This document shows, in pieces, positions 19,472 through 29,698 of a stretch of DNA of 52,315 bases. Source of the stretch: Halanaerobiales bacterium (GTDB lineage Bacteria > Bacillota > Halanaerobiia > Halanaerobiales > M55B127); contig JAIPEX010000003.1 in the NCBI GenBank assembly GCA_021736945.1, positions 1 to 52,315 on the forward strand, in the 5' to 3' direction. Position 1 is the first letter of the stretch. Every line of letters starts with the position of its first letter. The notes beneath the pieces are model-generated. The model ran no database searches and was not told the DNA's origin. It saw only the letters and a list, made by a program, of their open reading frames with translations. The position numbers and the translations under genes are program-made.

Positions 19472-20758
19472 GTGAAATTAGAATTAGGTAAAGTTCAAAT
19501 TGATGATATCAGTTTTGGAAATTCCACAGAAATTAATAATAATGTACTTAACATTAATAAAGAGGAACTACTTGAAAATATTAATGGTAACGATGAAATA
19601 AAATCCATTGATATTCAATTAGTTAAACCTGGTGATAGTGTTCGTATTATACCTGTTAAGGATGTAATTGAACCTAGAATTAAGGTCGAAGGACCTGGTG
19701 GAGTCTTTCCAGGTGTTTTATCAGGGGAAGAAATTGTAGGATCTGGTAGAACATTGGCTTTAAAAGGTTGTGCAGTTGTAACAACGGGTAATATTGTTGG
19801 TTTCCAGGAAGGTATTATTGATATGAAAGGACCTGGAGCAGAATATACTCCTTTTTCTAAATTCAATAATATTGTAATTAACTGTGAAGTAAAAGATGAT
19901 GTTCCTCAACATGAACATGAAGAAATTGTAAGAATGGTTGGTCTTAAGGCTTCAACATATTTAGCAGAAGCAGCTAAGGAAGTAGAACCAGATACAGTAG
20001 AAGTATTTGAAAACAAACCATATTATGAAGCTGCGAATCAATATCCAGACTTACCTAAAGTAGGTTATGTTTATATGCTACAAAGTCAGGGATTACTACA
20101 TGATACCTATGTATATGGAGTTGATGCTAAAGAGATCCTACCCACCACTATTTCTCCTACTGAGATTATGGATGGTGCAATTATAAGTGGGAACTGTGTT
20201 TCCGCCTGTGATAAAAACGCTACATATGTTCACCAAAATAATCCCGTAATTGAAGATCTTTATGAAAGACATGGGAAAGACTTTAATTTCATCGGTATTA
20301 TAATAACTAATGAAAATGTAACACTAGCTGATAAAGAAAGATCTTCAAATTATACTGCCAAATTAGCAGAACAAATGGGTCTAGATGCCGCTATAGTTTC
20401 TGAAGAAGGTTTTGGTAATCCTGATGCAGACCTAATCATGAACTGCACAAAATTAGAAGATAAGGGAATTCAAACTGTACTTATTACTGACGAATATGCA
20501 GGAAGAGATGGCAGTTCTCAGTCCTTGGCAGATGCGGATCCCAAGGCTGATGCAGTAGTTACAGCAGGAAATGCTAATGAAGTAATTACCTTACCAAAAA
20601 TGGATAAGGTTATAGGATATAAAAAGACAGCAAATGTTATTGCTGGTGGATTTGATGGTAATATAGAAGAAGATGGCAGTATAACAGTTGAGATACAGGC
20701 AATTACAGGTTCCACTAATGAATTAGGTTTTAATAAGTTAACTACAAGAGATTATTAA
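19472..20758 (+). CDS. grdE: Glycine reductase component B proprotein (alpha/beta subunits)
   Basis: MKLELG start; GNCVSACDKN processing-site motif; EEGFGNPDAD. Confidence 0.88.
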   Translation: MKLELGKVQIDDISFGNSTEINNNVLNINKEELLENINGNDEIKSIDIQLVKPGDSVRIIPVKDVIEPRIKVEGPGGVFPGVLSGEEIVGSGRTLALKGCAVVTTGNIVGFQEGIIDMKGPGAEYTPFSKFNNIVINCEVKDDVPQHEHEEIVRMVGLKASTYLAEAAKEVEPDTVEVFENKPYYEAANQYPDLPKVGYVYMLQSQGLLHDTYVYGVDAKEILPTTISPTEIMDGAIISGNCVSACDKNATYVHQNNPVIEDLYERHGKDFNFIGIIITNENVTLADKERSSNYTAKLAEQMGLDAAIVSEEGFGNPDADLIMNCTKLEDKGIQTVLITDEYAGRDGSSQSLADADPKADAVVTAGNANEVITLPKMDKVIGYKKTANVIAGGFDGNIEEDGSITVEIQAITGSTNELGFNKLTTRDY

Positions 20759-20782
20759 AAAATTAACGGAGGTGCTAAAAGA

Positions 20783-21253
20783 ATGTTAGAAAATAAAAAA
20801 GTTGCTATTCTGGGAGATAGAGACGGAGTTCCCGGACCAGCTATAGAAGAATGTATAAAAACAACTGGAGCAGAAGTTGTTTTTACTACTACTGAATGTT
20901 TCGTCTGAACAAGCGCAGGCGCCATGGACTTGGAAAATCAGCAACGTGTTAAAGATTTAGCTGAAAAACACGGAAAGGAAAACCTAGTTGTTATTTTAGG
21001 TGGAGCAGAAGCAGAAGCTTCCGGCTTAGCCTGTGAAACAGTAACAAATGGTGATCCTACATTTGCAGGTCCATTGGCAGGAGTCCAGTTAGGACTCGCG
21101 TGTTATCATATTTTAGAACCTGAAGTCAAAGAAGAAGTAGATGCAGAGGTTTATGATGAACAGGTATCAATGATGGAAATGGTTTTAGATGTTGACGATA
21201 TTATTGAAGAAACTAAAAAATATAGGGAAATGTATTCTGAATATACCGAATAA
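20783..21253 (+). CDS. grdA: Glycine/sarcosine/betaine reductase selenoprotein A (copy 1, Sec42)
   Basis: ATG 20783 after GGAGGTG; [11 protein letters not shown]...TECFV-U(TGA 20906-20908)[11 protein letters not shown]. Confidence 0.96.
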
Positions 21254-21283
21254 ATGTTCCCAATGAAAGGGGGCGTAAGATAA

Positions 21284-22591
21284 ATGGCAAAATATAAAAT
21301 TGTCCACTATTTAAACCAATTTTTTGGTCAAATTGGTGGAGAAGAGAAAGCTAATATTGCACCAAAAGTAAAAGACGGCTCAGTTGGGCCCGGTAATGCT
21401 TTCAATAATGCTTTAGGAGATAAAGCGGAAATAGTAAATACTATAATTTGTGGTGATAGTTATTTTAATGAAAATAAAGATGAAGTACAAACTATAATAA
21501 AAGAAAAGTTAAGTGAAATTAATCCTGACATGGTCATTGCTGGACCGGCTTTTAATGCAGGTCGCTATGGTATGGCATGTGGCGGTGTTGCAGAAGTTGC
21601 TCACGATTTAGATATACCTGTAGTATCTGGAATATATCCAGAGAATCCTGGTTATGATATGTATAAGCAATTTGCTTATTTTGTTGAAACAACTGATTCT
21701 GCTGCTGGTATGAGAACTGCCTTACCAAATATGGCCGAATTAGTTAAGACATATATAGAAAAAGAAGGAGAATTAGGTTTACCTGAAGAAGAAGGTTATT
21801 TACCCAGAGGTATTCGAAAAAATATCTTTGTAGATAAAAGAGGTTCTACACGAGCAGTAGATATGTTAGTAGCTAAATTACAGGAGAAAGAATTTAAATC
21901 AGAATATCCAATGCCTAACTTCGATAGAGTAGATCCAGTTGATCCTTTAGAAAATATAGAAGATGCCAAAATAGCTTTAGTTACTTCCGGAGGTATTGTA
22001 CCAAAAGGTAATCCGGATCATATAGAGTCTTCAAGTGCTTCAAAATTTGGCAAATACAGTATTAATGATATATATGAAATGACAGCAGAAACTCACGAAA
22101 CAGCACATGGAGGATATGATCCTGTATATGCTAATGAAGACCCTAACTGTGTACTTCCAGTTGATGTATTAAGAGATATGGAGAATGAAGGAAAAATTGG
22201 TAAACTCCATGATTACTATTATTCTACAGTAGGAAATGGTACTTCTGTAGCAAATGCAAAAGCATATGCCCAAGAAATCGCTCAAGAACTACAGGAGGAT
22301 GGAGTTCAGGCTGTAATACTCACTTCTACCTGAGGTACTTGCACACGTTGCGGAGCAACGATGGTTAAAGAGATTGAAAGAGCAGGTATTCCGGTAGTTC
22401 ATATTGCGACAGTAATACCAATTTCTAAAACTGTAGGAGCTAATAGAATAATACCAGCGGTAGCTATACCACATCCTTTAGGTGATCCTAAACTAGCTGA
22501 AGCTAAACAAAAGGAAATTAGAAGGATATTAGTTGAAAAGGCCTTAGATGCCTTACAAACACCTATTGATAATCAAACAGTTTTTGAATAA
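21284..22591 (+). CDS. grdB: Glycine reductase selenoprotein B (Sec350)
   Basis: ORFs 21284..22333 and 22361..22591 join at TGA 22331-22333 to give TST-U-GTCTRCGATM; SECIS-like hairpin CGTTGC-GGA-GCAACG. Glycine rather than sarcosine specificity is inferred from the riboswitch. Confidence 0.9.
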
Positions 22592-22616
22592 AAAAACAAC
22601 ACAATATTATTTAGAT

Positions 22617-22646
22617 GGACTGTAGTTAATTCTACAGTCCTTTTTT
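22617..22646 (+). terminator. Terminator of the glycine reductase operon
   Basis: GGACTGTAG/CTACAGTCC followed by a T run. Confidence 0.88.
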
Positions 22647-22770
22647 AATTTTGCATTTAAAAAAGAAAAAATTTGTTAATTAGGGAGGATTTTTAGGATT
22701 TATATAGTATATTATATTAATAACGAAACATTGTTCCAATATTATAAACAAAATTGAGGAGGTAGAATTT

Positions 22771-23547
22771 ATGAGTAGTGATGAGGGCAATTATATTCAT
22801 TCTATTCAAAGAGCAGTGAAAGTTTTAGATTTGTTTGATAATGATGTTAAATATTTGGGAGTAACTGAAATAGCAAGGAATTTAGATCTAAATAAAAGTA
22901 CAGTTTACAGATTAGTTAATACACTAAAAAAGGAAGAACTATTAATACAGGAAGAAGATAGTAAAAAATACAGACTAGGATATAAAATACTGGATATTGC
23001 TAATAGAATGAGAAATCAATTAACTCATAATGATGCAGCGTTAGAGGAAATGAAGAAATTAAGAGATCAGACTGGAGAAGCTGTTTTACTCTCCGTTTAT
23101 ACTAATATAGGAGGGGTTTGTATAGAAAAAATTGATACTAAAAATGCAATTAAAGTTACTTCTAAGCCCGGCCATACAACTCCTCTTCACTGTGGAGCAA
23201 CAGGTAAAATTCTTTTAGCTTATGCAGAACAAGATGAAATTAATAGAGTTTTAGAAAAAGATCTAGAAAGTTATACTGAGAATTCAACTACTGATCAAGA
23301 AAAAGTACGTAAACAGCTTAAAGAAATTAGAGAACAGGGTTATGTAATTAGCTGGGGAGAAGTTGATAAAGGTGCTATAGGTATTGGCGCTCCCATTTTA
23401 GATGAGGATGGGAAGTTACTATATGGTTTAAGTTTAGTAGGTCCTGAAGATAGAATTAAATCAAATGGATTAGAAAAAACAATTGATATGGTTGTAAATT
23501 CTGCGGAAGAAATTTCGAGGAAGATCAATATGTTAGACTTTACTTAA
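22771..23547 (+). CDS. IclR-family transcriptional regulator
   Basis: HTH GVTEIARNLDLNKSTVYRL; PLHCGATGKILLA; REQGY motif. Confidence 0.93.
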   Translation: MSSDEGNYIHSIQRAVKVLDLFDNDVKYLGVTEIARNLDLNKSTVYRLVNTLKKEELLIQEEDSKKYRLGYKILDIANRMRNQLTHNDAALEEMKKLRDQTGEAVLLSVYTNIGGVCIEKIDTKNAIKVTSKPGHTTPLHCGATGKILLAYAEQDEINRVLEKDLESYTENSTTDQEKVRKQLKEIREQGYVISWGEVDKGAIGIGAPILDEDGKLLYGLSLVGPEDRIKSNGLEKTIDMVVNSAEEISRKINMLDFT

Positions 23548-23669
23548 AAATTTAAGTATATAATGGAGGTGATTGTCTAAAGGAGCAAAGTTAGTAGTTA
23601 GTAGTGAGTAGTGAATATTTTTTAATACTAGTATAATTAATAATAAAATACAAAAGGAGGAATTGAGTA

Positions 23670-24857
23670 GTGAGAAGTAGTGAAGATATTATTTATTTAG
23701 AAGACAAGTATGGTGCAGACAATTATAATCCATTACCGATTGTTATTTCAGAAGCTGAAGGAATTTGGGTTGAGGATCCGGAAGGTAATAGATATATTGA
23801 TATGTTAAGTAGTTATTCAGCAGTTAGTCATGGTCATAGTCATCCTGAAATTGTAAAAACATTAAAAGAACAATCAGAGAAGTTATCACTAACATCCAGA
23901 GCATTTTATAATAATCGATTAGGCTCATTTTATAAGAAATTAGCAGAAGTTACTGGTAAAGATATGTTTTTACCAATGAATACCGGTACTGAAGCAGTTG
24001 AAACTGCTTTAAAAATGGCTAGACGGTGGGGATATTATAAAAAAGGTATACCAGAAAACAAGGCAGAGATAATTACCTGTTCTAATAACTTTCACGGTCG
24101 AGCAATATCAATTATAACATTCAGCACTTCTGAAACATCACGTGATGGTTATGGTCCCTATGTACCGGGTTTTAAAGTTATAGAATATGGAAGTGTAGAA
24201 AAACTTAAAGAGGCAATTAATCCCAATACTGCAGCCTTTTTAGTGGAACCTATCCAAGGAGAAGGCGGTATTATAATTCCCCCCGATGGATATTTAAAAG
24301 AAGCATATGAGGTTTGTCAAGAAAATGATGTATTGTTTATGGCAGATGAAGTTCAGACTGGATTTGGGCGGACTGGAAAAATGTTTGGTTGTGATTGGGA
24401 AAATGTAACTCCTGATGTCTATATATTAGGTAAAGCCCTGGGAGGTGGAGTATTCCCCGTTTCTGCAGTAGGAGCAGATCAGGAGATTATGGAAGTTTTT
24501 GATCCTGGTTCACATGGTTCCACATTTGGAGGTAATCCATTAGGATCTGCGGTTGCTAAAAGAGCTATTGAATTACTTGAAGAAGAAAATATGGTTGAAA
24601 ATTCCAGGAAAATGGGTGAATATTTACTAAACAAATTAAAGGAAATTGATAACCCAGTAATTAAAGAAATTAGAGGCAGAGGCCTATTTATTGGTATTGA
24701 ATTAGAAGAAAAAGCCCGACCATATTGTAAAGAATTAAAGAAAAATGGAGTATTGGTCAAAGAAACCCATGGTAATATAATTAGAACTTTACCCCCTTTA
24801 ATTATAAATAAAGAAGAGGTTGATGAAGCAGTAAGAAGAATAAAGCAAGTGTTTTAA
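23670..24857 (+). CDS. rocD: Ornithine--oxo-acid aminotransferase
   Basis: [51 protein letters not shown]. Confidence 0.92.
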   Translation: MRSSEDIIYLEDKYGADNYNPLPIVISEAEGIWVEDPEGNRYIDMLSSYSAVSHGHSHPEIVKTLKEQSEKLSLTSRAFYNNRLGSFYKKLAEVTGKDMFLPMNTGTEAVETALKMARRWGYYKKGIPENKAEIITCSNNFHGRAISIITFSTSETSRDGYGPYVPGFKVIEYGSVEKLKEAINPNTAAFLVEPIQGEGGIIIPPDGYLKEAYEVCQENDVLFMADEVQTGFGRTGKMFGCDWENVTPDVYILGKALGGGVFPVSAVGADQEIMEVFDPGSHGSTFGGNPLGSAVAKRAIELLEEENMVENSRKMGEYLLNKLKEIDNPVIKEIRGRGLFIGIELEEKARPYCKELKKNGVLVKETHGNIIRTLPPLIINKEEVDEAVRRIKQVF

Positions 24858-24901
24858 TTAACTGTTTAATATTAATTATATTAAAATAAAATAAGCATAT
24901 T

Positions 24902-24940
24902 ATTAAAGGACCTGTAGATATAGGGTCCTTTAATTTTTTT
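24902..24940 (+). terminator. Rho-independent terminator
   Basis: ATTAAAGGACC/GGTCCTTTAAT followed by a T run. Confidence 0.8.
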
Positions 24941-24972
24941 TATTTATATATAATTTTACCGAATAGGATACA

Positions 24973-25028
24973 TTGACAATTTAAAACCTGAGTGTTATAC
25001 TAAGATAAATAATACCCATGTGGGGTAT
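24973..25028 (+). promoter_or_regulatory. SigA promoter with a CsoR-type operator
   Basis: TTGACA-17-TATACT with extended TG; ATACCCATGTGGGGTAT (25012-25028) has the C-tract/G-tract form of a CsoR box. Confidence 0.75.
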
Positions 25029-25076
25029 AAATACAGTCTAAGAATAATAGATTTAAAGTTCTCAGGAGGGGAATTT

Positions 25077-25625
25077 ATGTATAAATATATGAGTATATTT
25101 TTTATTGTATTTTTGATATTAATAATGGTTGGAGGTAGTGTTTTAGCACAACCTGGAATGGGTCCAATGGGTAATGGTCACATGATGGAATCTATAAGCA
25201 GTGAATATGAATTTTTAATAAAAATGATTCCTCATCATGAAGAAGCAGTTTATACTGCAAAAATTTTAAAAGAAAAGACTAATCGAGAAGAAATGAGAGA
25301 GTTTGCTGATAAAATTATAGAAACTCAAAGTAGAGAAATAGAACAAATGAATGAGTGGCTTGATAAATGGTATCCAAACAGAGAAAATTATTATGAATAT
25401 CAAGCAATGATGGGAAATTATGAAAATATAGAAGGTAATCAGTTAGACCAGGTATTTTTACAAGATATGATTTTTCATCATATGGCAGCAGTAATGATGT
25501 CTCAACAACTAATTGTAAATGGATTCGCAGAACATGAAGAAGTATATAATTTGGCATTGAGTATTAGAACCAATCAAAGAAATGAAATCTTCCAGATGAG
25601 AGAATGGCTTGGAAGTTGGTATTAA
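25077..25625 (+). CDS. Secreted DUF305 domain protein (CopM-like, Met/His-rich)
   Basis: Signal peptide; two DUF305 repeats (MIPHHEEA and MIFHHMAA); ATG 25077 after AGGAGG. Confidence 0.88.
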   Translation: MYKYMSIFFIVFLILIMVGGSVLAQPGMGPMGNGHMMESISSEYEFLIKMIPHHEEAVYTAKILKEKTNREEMREFADKIIETQSREIEQMNEWLDKWYPNRENYYEYQAMMGNYENIEGNQLDQVFLQDMIFHHMAAVMMSQQLIVNGFAEHEEVYNLALSIRTNQRNEIFQMREWLGSWY

Positions 25626-25747
25626 TCTCAATAATATAAAAAATAATCATTCAACTTCATATTATCTTCATATTTATAATTTATTATATAATTAGTCAAT
25701 CAATTAACACATTAGTAAGAAAGTAAGAGTATTAGGAGGTAATAAAT

Positions 25748-26002
25748 ATGATGGGAATTGGATATGGAATGATGGGTGGAGGCGGTTTTTCTTTGTTGAT
25801 CTTCTTAGTAGTTATAGTTGCAGCATTCTTTTTGTTTAATAGCTATAATAGAAATAATCATCAAAGAAAAAACCCGCAAGAAATAAATAATTATAAAAGT
25901 ACAAACCAAGCAGCAGAAATGGCAAGAGAGAGATATGCAAAAGGTGAAATTTCTAAAGCAGAATTAAATGAAATATTAGATACTCTAAATAGAAGAGGCT
26001 AA
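25748..26002 (+). CDS. Small membrane protein with C-terminal SHOCT domain
   Basis: MMG/GMMGG N-terminus, one TM helix, ERYAKGEISKAE SHOCT motif. Confidence 0.85.
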   Translation: MMGIGYGMMGGGGFSLLIFLVVIVAAFFLFNSYNRNNHQRKNPQEINNYKSTNQAAEMARERYAKGEISKAELNEILDTLNRRG

Positions 26003-26193
26003 TTTAAACGTAGTTTATTAGAGCTTAGATTCTATTTAAAATGGTTTTATTAGAATAGTTATGAAGTTCAGAACACAATCAGTTTAATCAATTATGAAAC
26101 GAATATAATTAATAAATATTAGACAAATAATTTTTATAGTTAGAACAAAGTGAAATCACAAAAAGATTAAATTAAATGAATATTTTCATTATT

Positions 26194-26240
26194 AAAGAGC
26201 AGAAATTTCCAAATTATTTGGAAATTCTGTTCTTTTTTTA
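26194..26240 (+). terminator. Rho-independent terminator
   Basis: AAGAGCAGAA..TTTCCAAAT/ATTTGGAAATTCTGTTCTT followed by a T run. Confidence 0.7.
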
Positions 26241-26343
26241 TGCAATAAATAATATTCAGAATATTTTATTAAATTTTTAATTGTTAAGATTATTGAATTG
26301 ACAGTAATCATAATTTTTTTAATTATTAATTTCACAATCATGG

Positions 26344-26372
26344 TTGATATATAATCATGATTATGTTATTAT
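26344..26372 (+). promoter_or_regulatory. Putative promoter of the betaine reductase operon with a palindromic operator in the spacer
   Basis: TTGATA-17-TATTAT with extended TG; perfect palindrome ATAATCATGATTAT at 26351-26364. Confidence 0.6.
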
Positions 26373-26414
26373 AATATTGTGAAAATAAAAACGATTATGG
26401 AGGTGTAAGTTAAT

Positions 26415-26882
26415 ATGCTTAAAGGTAAAAAAGTCGCAATTTTAGGTGACAGAGATGGAGTACCTGGCCCTGCTATAAAAGAATGTATTGAATCAGCTGG
26501 AGCAGAAGTAGTGTTTACTACTACTGAATGTTTCGTCTGAACAAGCGCAGGTGCCATGGACTTGGAGAACCAACAACGTGTTAAAGATTTAGCTGAAAAA
26601 CACGGGAAGGAAAACCTTGTTGTTATATTGGGTGGAGCAGAAGCAGAAGCTTCCGGCTTAGCCTGTGAAACAGTAACAAATGGTGATCCTACATTTGCAG
26701 GTCCATTGGCAGGAGTCCAGTTAGGACTCGCGTGTTATCATATTTTAGAGCCAGAGATTAAAGAAGAGATAGATCCTGATGTTTACGATGAACAGGTTTC
26801 CATGATGGAAATGGTCTTAGATGTAGATGAAATCGCTGATGAAGTATCTACTTATCGTGGAAAGTATTCTGAATTTGCTTAA
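26415..26882 (+). CDS. grdA: Selenoprotein A (copy 2, Sec42)
   Basis: ATG 26415 after GGAGGTG; TECFV-U(TGA 26538-26540)[11 protein letters not shown]. Confidence 0.96.
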
Positions 26883-26935
26883 TTCCTACTGTTATTTATT
26901 AAACAATTTAATTTTAAGAAAAGAGGTGGACTAAG

Positions 26936-28261
26936 GTGAAACTAGAACTCGGTAATTTTCATGTAGAAGATATTGAGTTTGGAGATGAAACAACTTTCAA
27001 CGATGGTGTCTTAACTATTAATAAAGAAGAAGCACTGGAAGTTGTTTATAAAGATGAACATATCACTGAAGCTGATTTAAAAATAGTAAAACCCGGTGAT
27101 ATGGTCCGCCTGGTTCCGGTTAAAGAAGCAATTGAACCCCGTTATCGTGAAGAAGGGGGACCGGTATTTCCCGGTGTAACTGGTGATTTGATGCAGGCCG
27201 GTGATGGTAGGACACTTGCAATGAAAGATATGAGTGTACTTGTCGTCGGTAAACATTGGGGAGGATTCCAGGACGGTTTAATTGATATGGGAGGAGAAGG
27301 TGCTAAATATACATACTTCTCTCAGTTGAAAAATATTGTTTTAGTTGCTGATACTGATGAAGAATTTGAAAAACATGAGCAACAAAAGAAAAACCATGCC
27401 TTAAGATGGGCGGGTATGCGCTTATCAGAATATCTTGGTGAGACTTTGAAAGATCAAGAACCTGATGAAGTTGAATCTTACTTGTTAGATCCAATTACTA
27501 AAAGATCTGAGGATGTAAATTCACTTCCTAGTGTAGTAATGGTTATGCAGCCTCAATCCCAAATGGAAGAACCTGGTTATAATGATTTAAACTATGGTTG
27601 GGATACAAACAAAATGCTGCCAACTTTTATGCATCCTAATGAAGTATTAGATGGTGCTATGATTTCTGGTAGTTTTATGCCCTGTTCTTCAAAATGGTCA
27701 ACTTATGATTTTCAAAATTTTCCTTTAATTAAAAGACTATATAAAGAACATGGAGAAACTATAAACTTCTTAGGCATTATAATGTCTAACTTAAATGTTG
27801 CTATGGAACAAAAAGAAAGAGCAGCTCAATTTGTAGCTCAGATGGGTAAATCATTGGGTGCAGATGCAGCATTAGTAACTGAAGAAGGATATGGTAACCC
27901 AGATGCAGATTATGTTGGTTGTTTAGTTGCTTTAGAAGATGCTGGTATAAAAACTGTAGGAGTAAGTAATGAGGCCACTGGACGTGATGGTGGTTCACAG
28001 CCTCTAGTAACATTAGATCCCAAAGCAGATGCTTTAGTTTCAACAGGTAATGTATCTGATCTAATTGAATTACCTCCGATGGATACTGTAATTGGAGAAT
28101 TAGAAGCATTAGCTAGAGACGGTTTATCCGGAGGTTGGGAAGATGATGAAGTACTAGGCTCTTCAGTCAAAGAAGATGGTTCAATAATTATGGAAAATAA
28201 TTCTATGTTCTGTGGAGACCAAATTGCTGGTTGGTCCCCTAAAACAATGAAAGAATATTAA
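26936..28261 (+). CDS. grdI: Betaine reductase component B subunit GrdI
   Basis: GrdE paralogue with SFMPCSSKWSTY in place of CVSACDK; adjacent to grdH and a BCCT transporter. Confidence 0.82.
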   Translation: MKLELGNFHVEDIEFGDETTFNDGVLTINKEEALEVVYKDEHITEADLKIVKPGDMVRLVPVKEAIEPRYREEGGPVFPGVTGDLMQAGDGRTLAMKDMSVLVVGKHWGGFQDGLIDMGGEGAKYTYFSQLKNIVLVADTDEEFEKHEQQKKNHALRWAGMRLSEYLGETLKDQEPDEVESYLLDPITKRSEDVNSLPSVVMVMQPQSQMEEPGYNDLNYGWDTNKMLPTFMHPNEVLDGAMISGSFMPCSSKWSTYDFQNFPLIKRLYKEHGETINFLGIIMSNLNVAMEQKERAAQFVAQMGKSLGADAALVTEEGYGNPDADYVGCLVALEDAGIKTVGVSNEATGRDGGSQPLVTLDPKADALVSTGNVSDLIELPPMDTVIGELEALARDGLSGGWEDDEVLGSSVKEDGSIIMENNSMFCGDQIAGWSPKTMKEY

Positions 28262-28280
28262 TACACGGGAGGTGAATTTG

Positions 28281-29600
28281 ATGTCAAAAGCAATTGTATA
28301 TTTAAATCAATTTTTTGGACAGATTGGTGGAGAAGATGTAGCAGACCATGCACCAGAGATAAGAGATGAAAAAGTTGGGGCTGCTATGCTCTATGACCAA
28401 TTATTAGATGCCGATGTAACCCATACTATAATATGTGGAGATAATTTTGTAGGTTCAAATGAAGAAGAAGCAATTGAGAGAATATTAGGATTTTTAGAAG
28501 ATAAAGAATTTGATATATTCTTTGCCGGACCAGCTTTTCAGGCCGGAAGATATGGTAATGCCTGTGGGGCAATTGGAAAAGCGGTTAAAGAAGAATTTGA
28601 TGTACCTGTGATTTCTTCAATGAATGAAGAAAATCCTGGTGTTGATATGTATAAAAAAGATATCTATATTTTCCCGGGTGGTCAAAGTGCTGCTAAGATG
28701 CGGGATGATGTACAAAAGATGGTTGATTTTGGTAATAAAATATTAAATGATGAAAAATTACTTCCTGCAGAAGAGGAAGGTTACTTTATAAGAGGTATTA
28801 GACACCAATACTTTTTGCCAGACGAAACACCAGCTTATGAAAGAGCGATTGATATGTTATTAAAGAAAATTAACGATGAAGAATATGAAAGTGAACTTCC
28901 TATCCCTGAATTAGATACTGTTGAGATAGCTGATCCTATTAAGGATTTAAGCGAAATTACTATTGCTTTAGTTACTTCAGGAGGAATAGTTCCAGTTGAT
29001 AATCCAGATCGTATTCAATCTGCATCAGCTACTCGCTGGGGTAAGTATTATATTGATGATCTAGATCAACTTCAAAACAGAAGACAAGAAGCATTTAAGA
29101 CTATTCATGCCGGTTATGATCCGGCCGCAGCTGATACAGATCCAAACAGAGTAGTACCTGTTGATGCTATGCGTCAATATGAAAAAGAAGGTAAGATCGG
29201 AAAACTGTATAAGTATTTTTATTCTACTGTGGGTACAGGAACTACCCAGGGTGAAGCTGCAAGAATGGGTCAAGAAATAGCTCAAGAACTACAGGAGGAT
29301 GGAGTTCAGGCTGTAATACTCACTTCTACCTGAGGTACTTGCACACGTTGCGGAGCAACGATGGTAAAAGAAATTGAAAGAACAGGTATCCCTGTAGTAC
29401 AAATGGCTAATTTAATTCCAGTAGCTAAAACTGTTGGAGCCAATAGGATGGTTCCCACCATATCTATACCTTATCCATTAGGTGACCCTTCTACAAGTGA
29501 AGAAGAGCAGTGGAAACTTCGTTATCATAGAGTAGGAGTAGCTTTAGATGCTCTTACTACTGATATTGAAGAGCAAACTGTCTTTAATGTGGAAATATAA
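28281..29600 (+). CDS. grdH: Glycine betaine reductase selenoprotein B (Sec351)
   Basis: ORFs join at TGA 29331-29333 (TST-U-GTCTRC); DRIQSASATRWG and PTISIPYPLG differ from GrdB; BCCT gene downstream. Confidence 0.85.
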
Positions 29601-29698
29601 ATATAATATCCTCATCTCTCATAAGAGAGGTGAGGAATTATTAATTTAATAGTATTTAGTATATGTTCAAAAATACTTACATAAAAGGGTGAAAATCA

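Noticed and set aside
23563-23610. SD-like GGAGGTGA followed by tiny ORFs before rocD
   Set aside because: The start codon is adjacent to or overlaps the SD, and the 5-12 aa peptides have no informative composition.
26003-26193. Possible sRNA or riboswitch between the SHOCT gene and the terminator
   Set aside because: AT-rich, with no recognisable aptamer motif, stable structure or ORF with an RBS.
22280-29365. Exact 7000-nt offset between the grdB and grdH identical tracts
   Set aside because: A round number has no mechanistic meaning; treated as coincidence.
20924-29600. Reading the split grdA, grdB and grdH (and selD) genes as pseudogenes or separate small genes
   Set aside because: Each break is a single in-frame TGA at the known Sec position, and selABCD are present.
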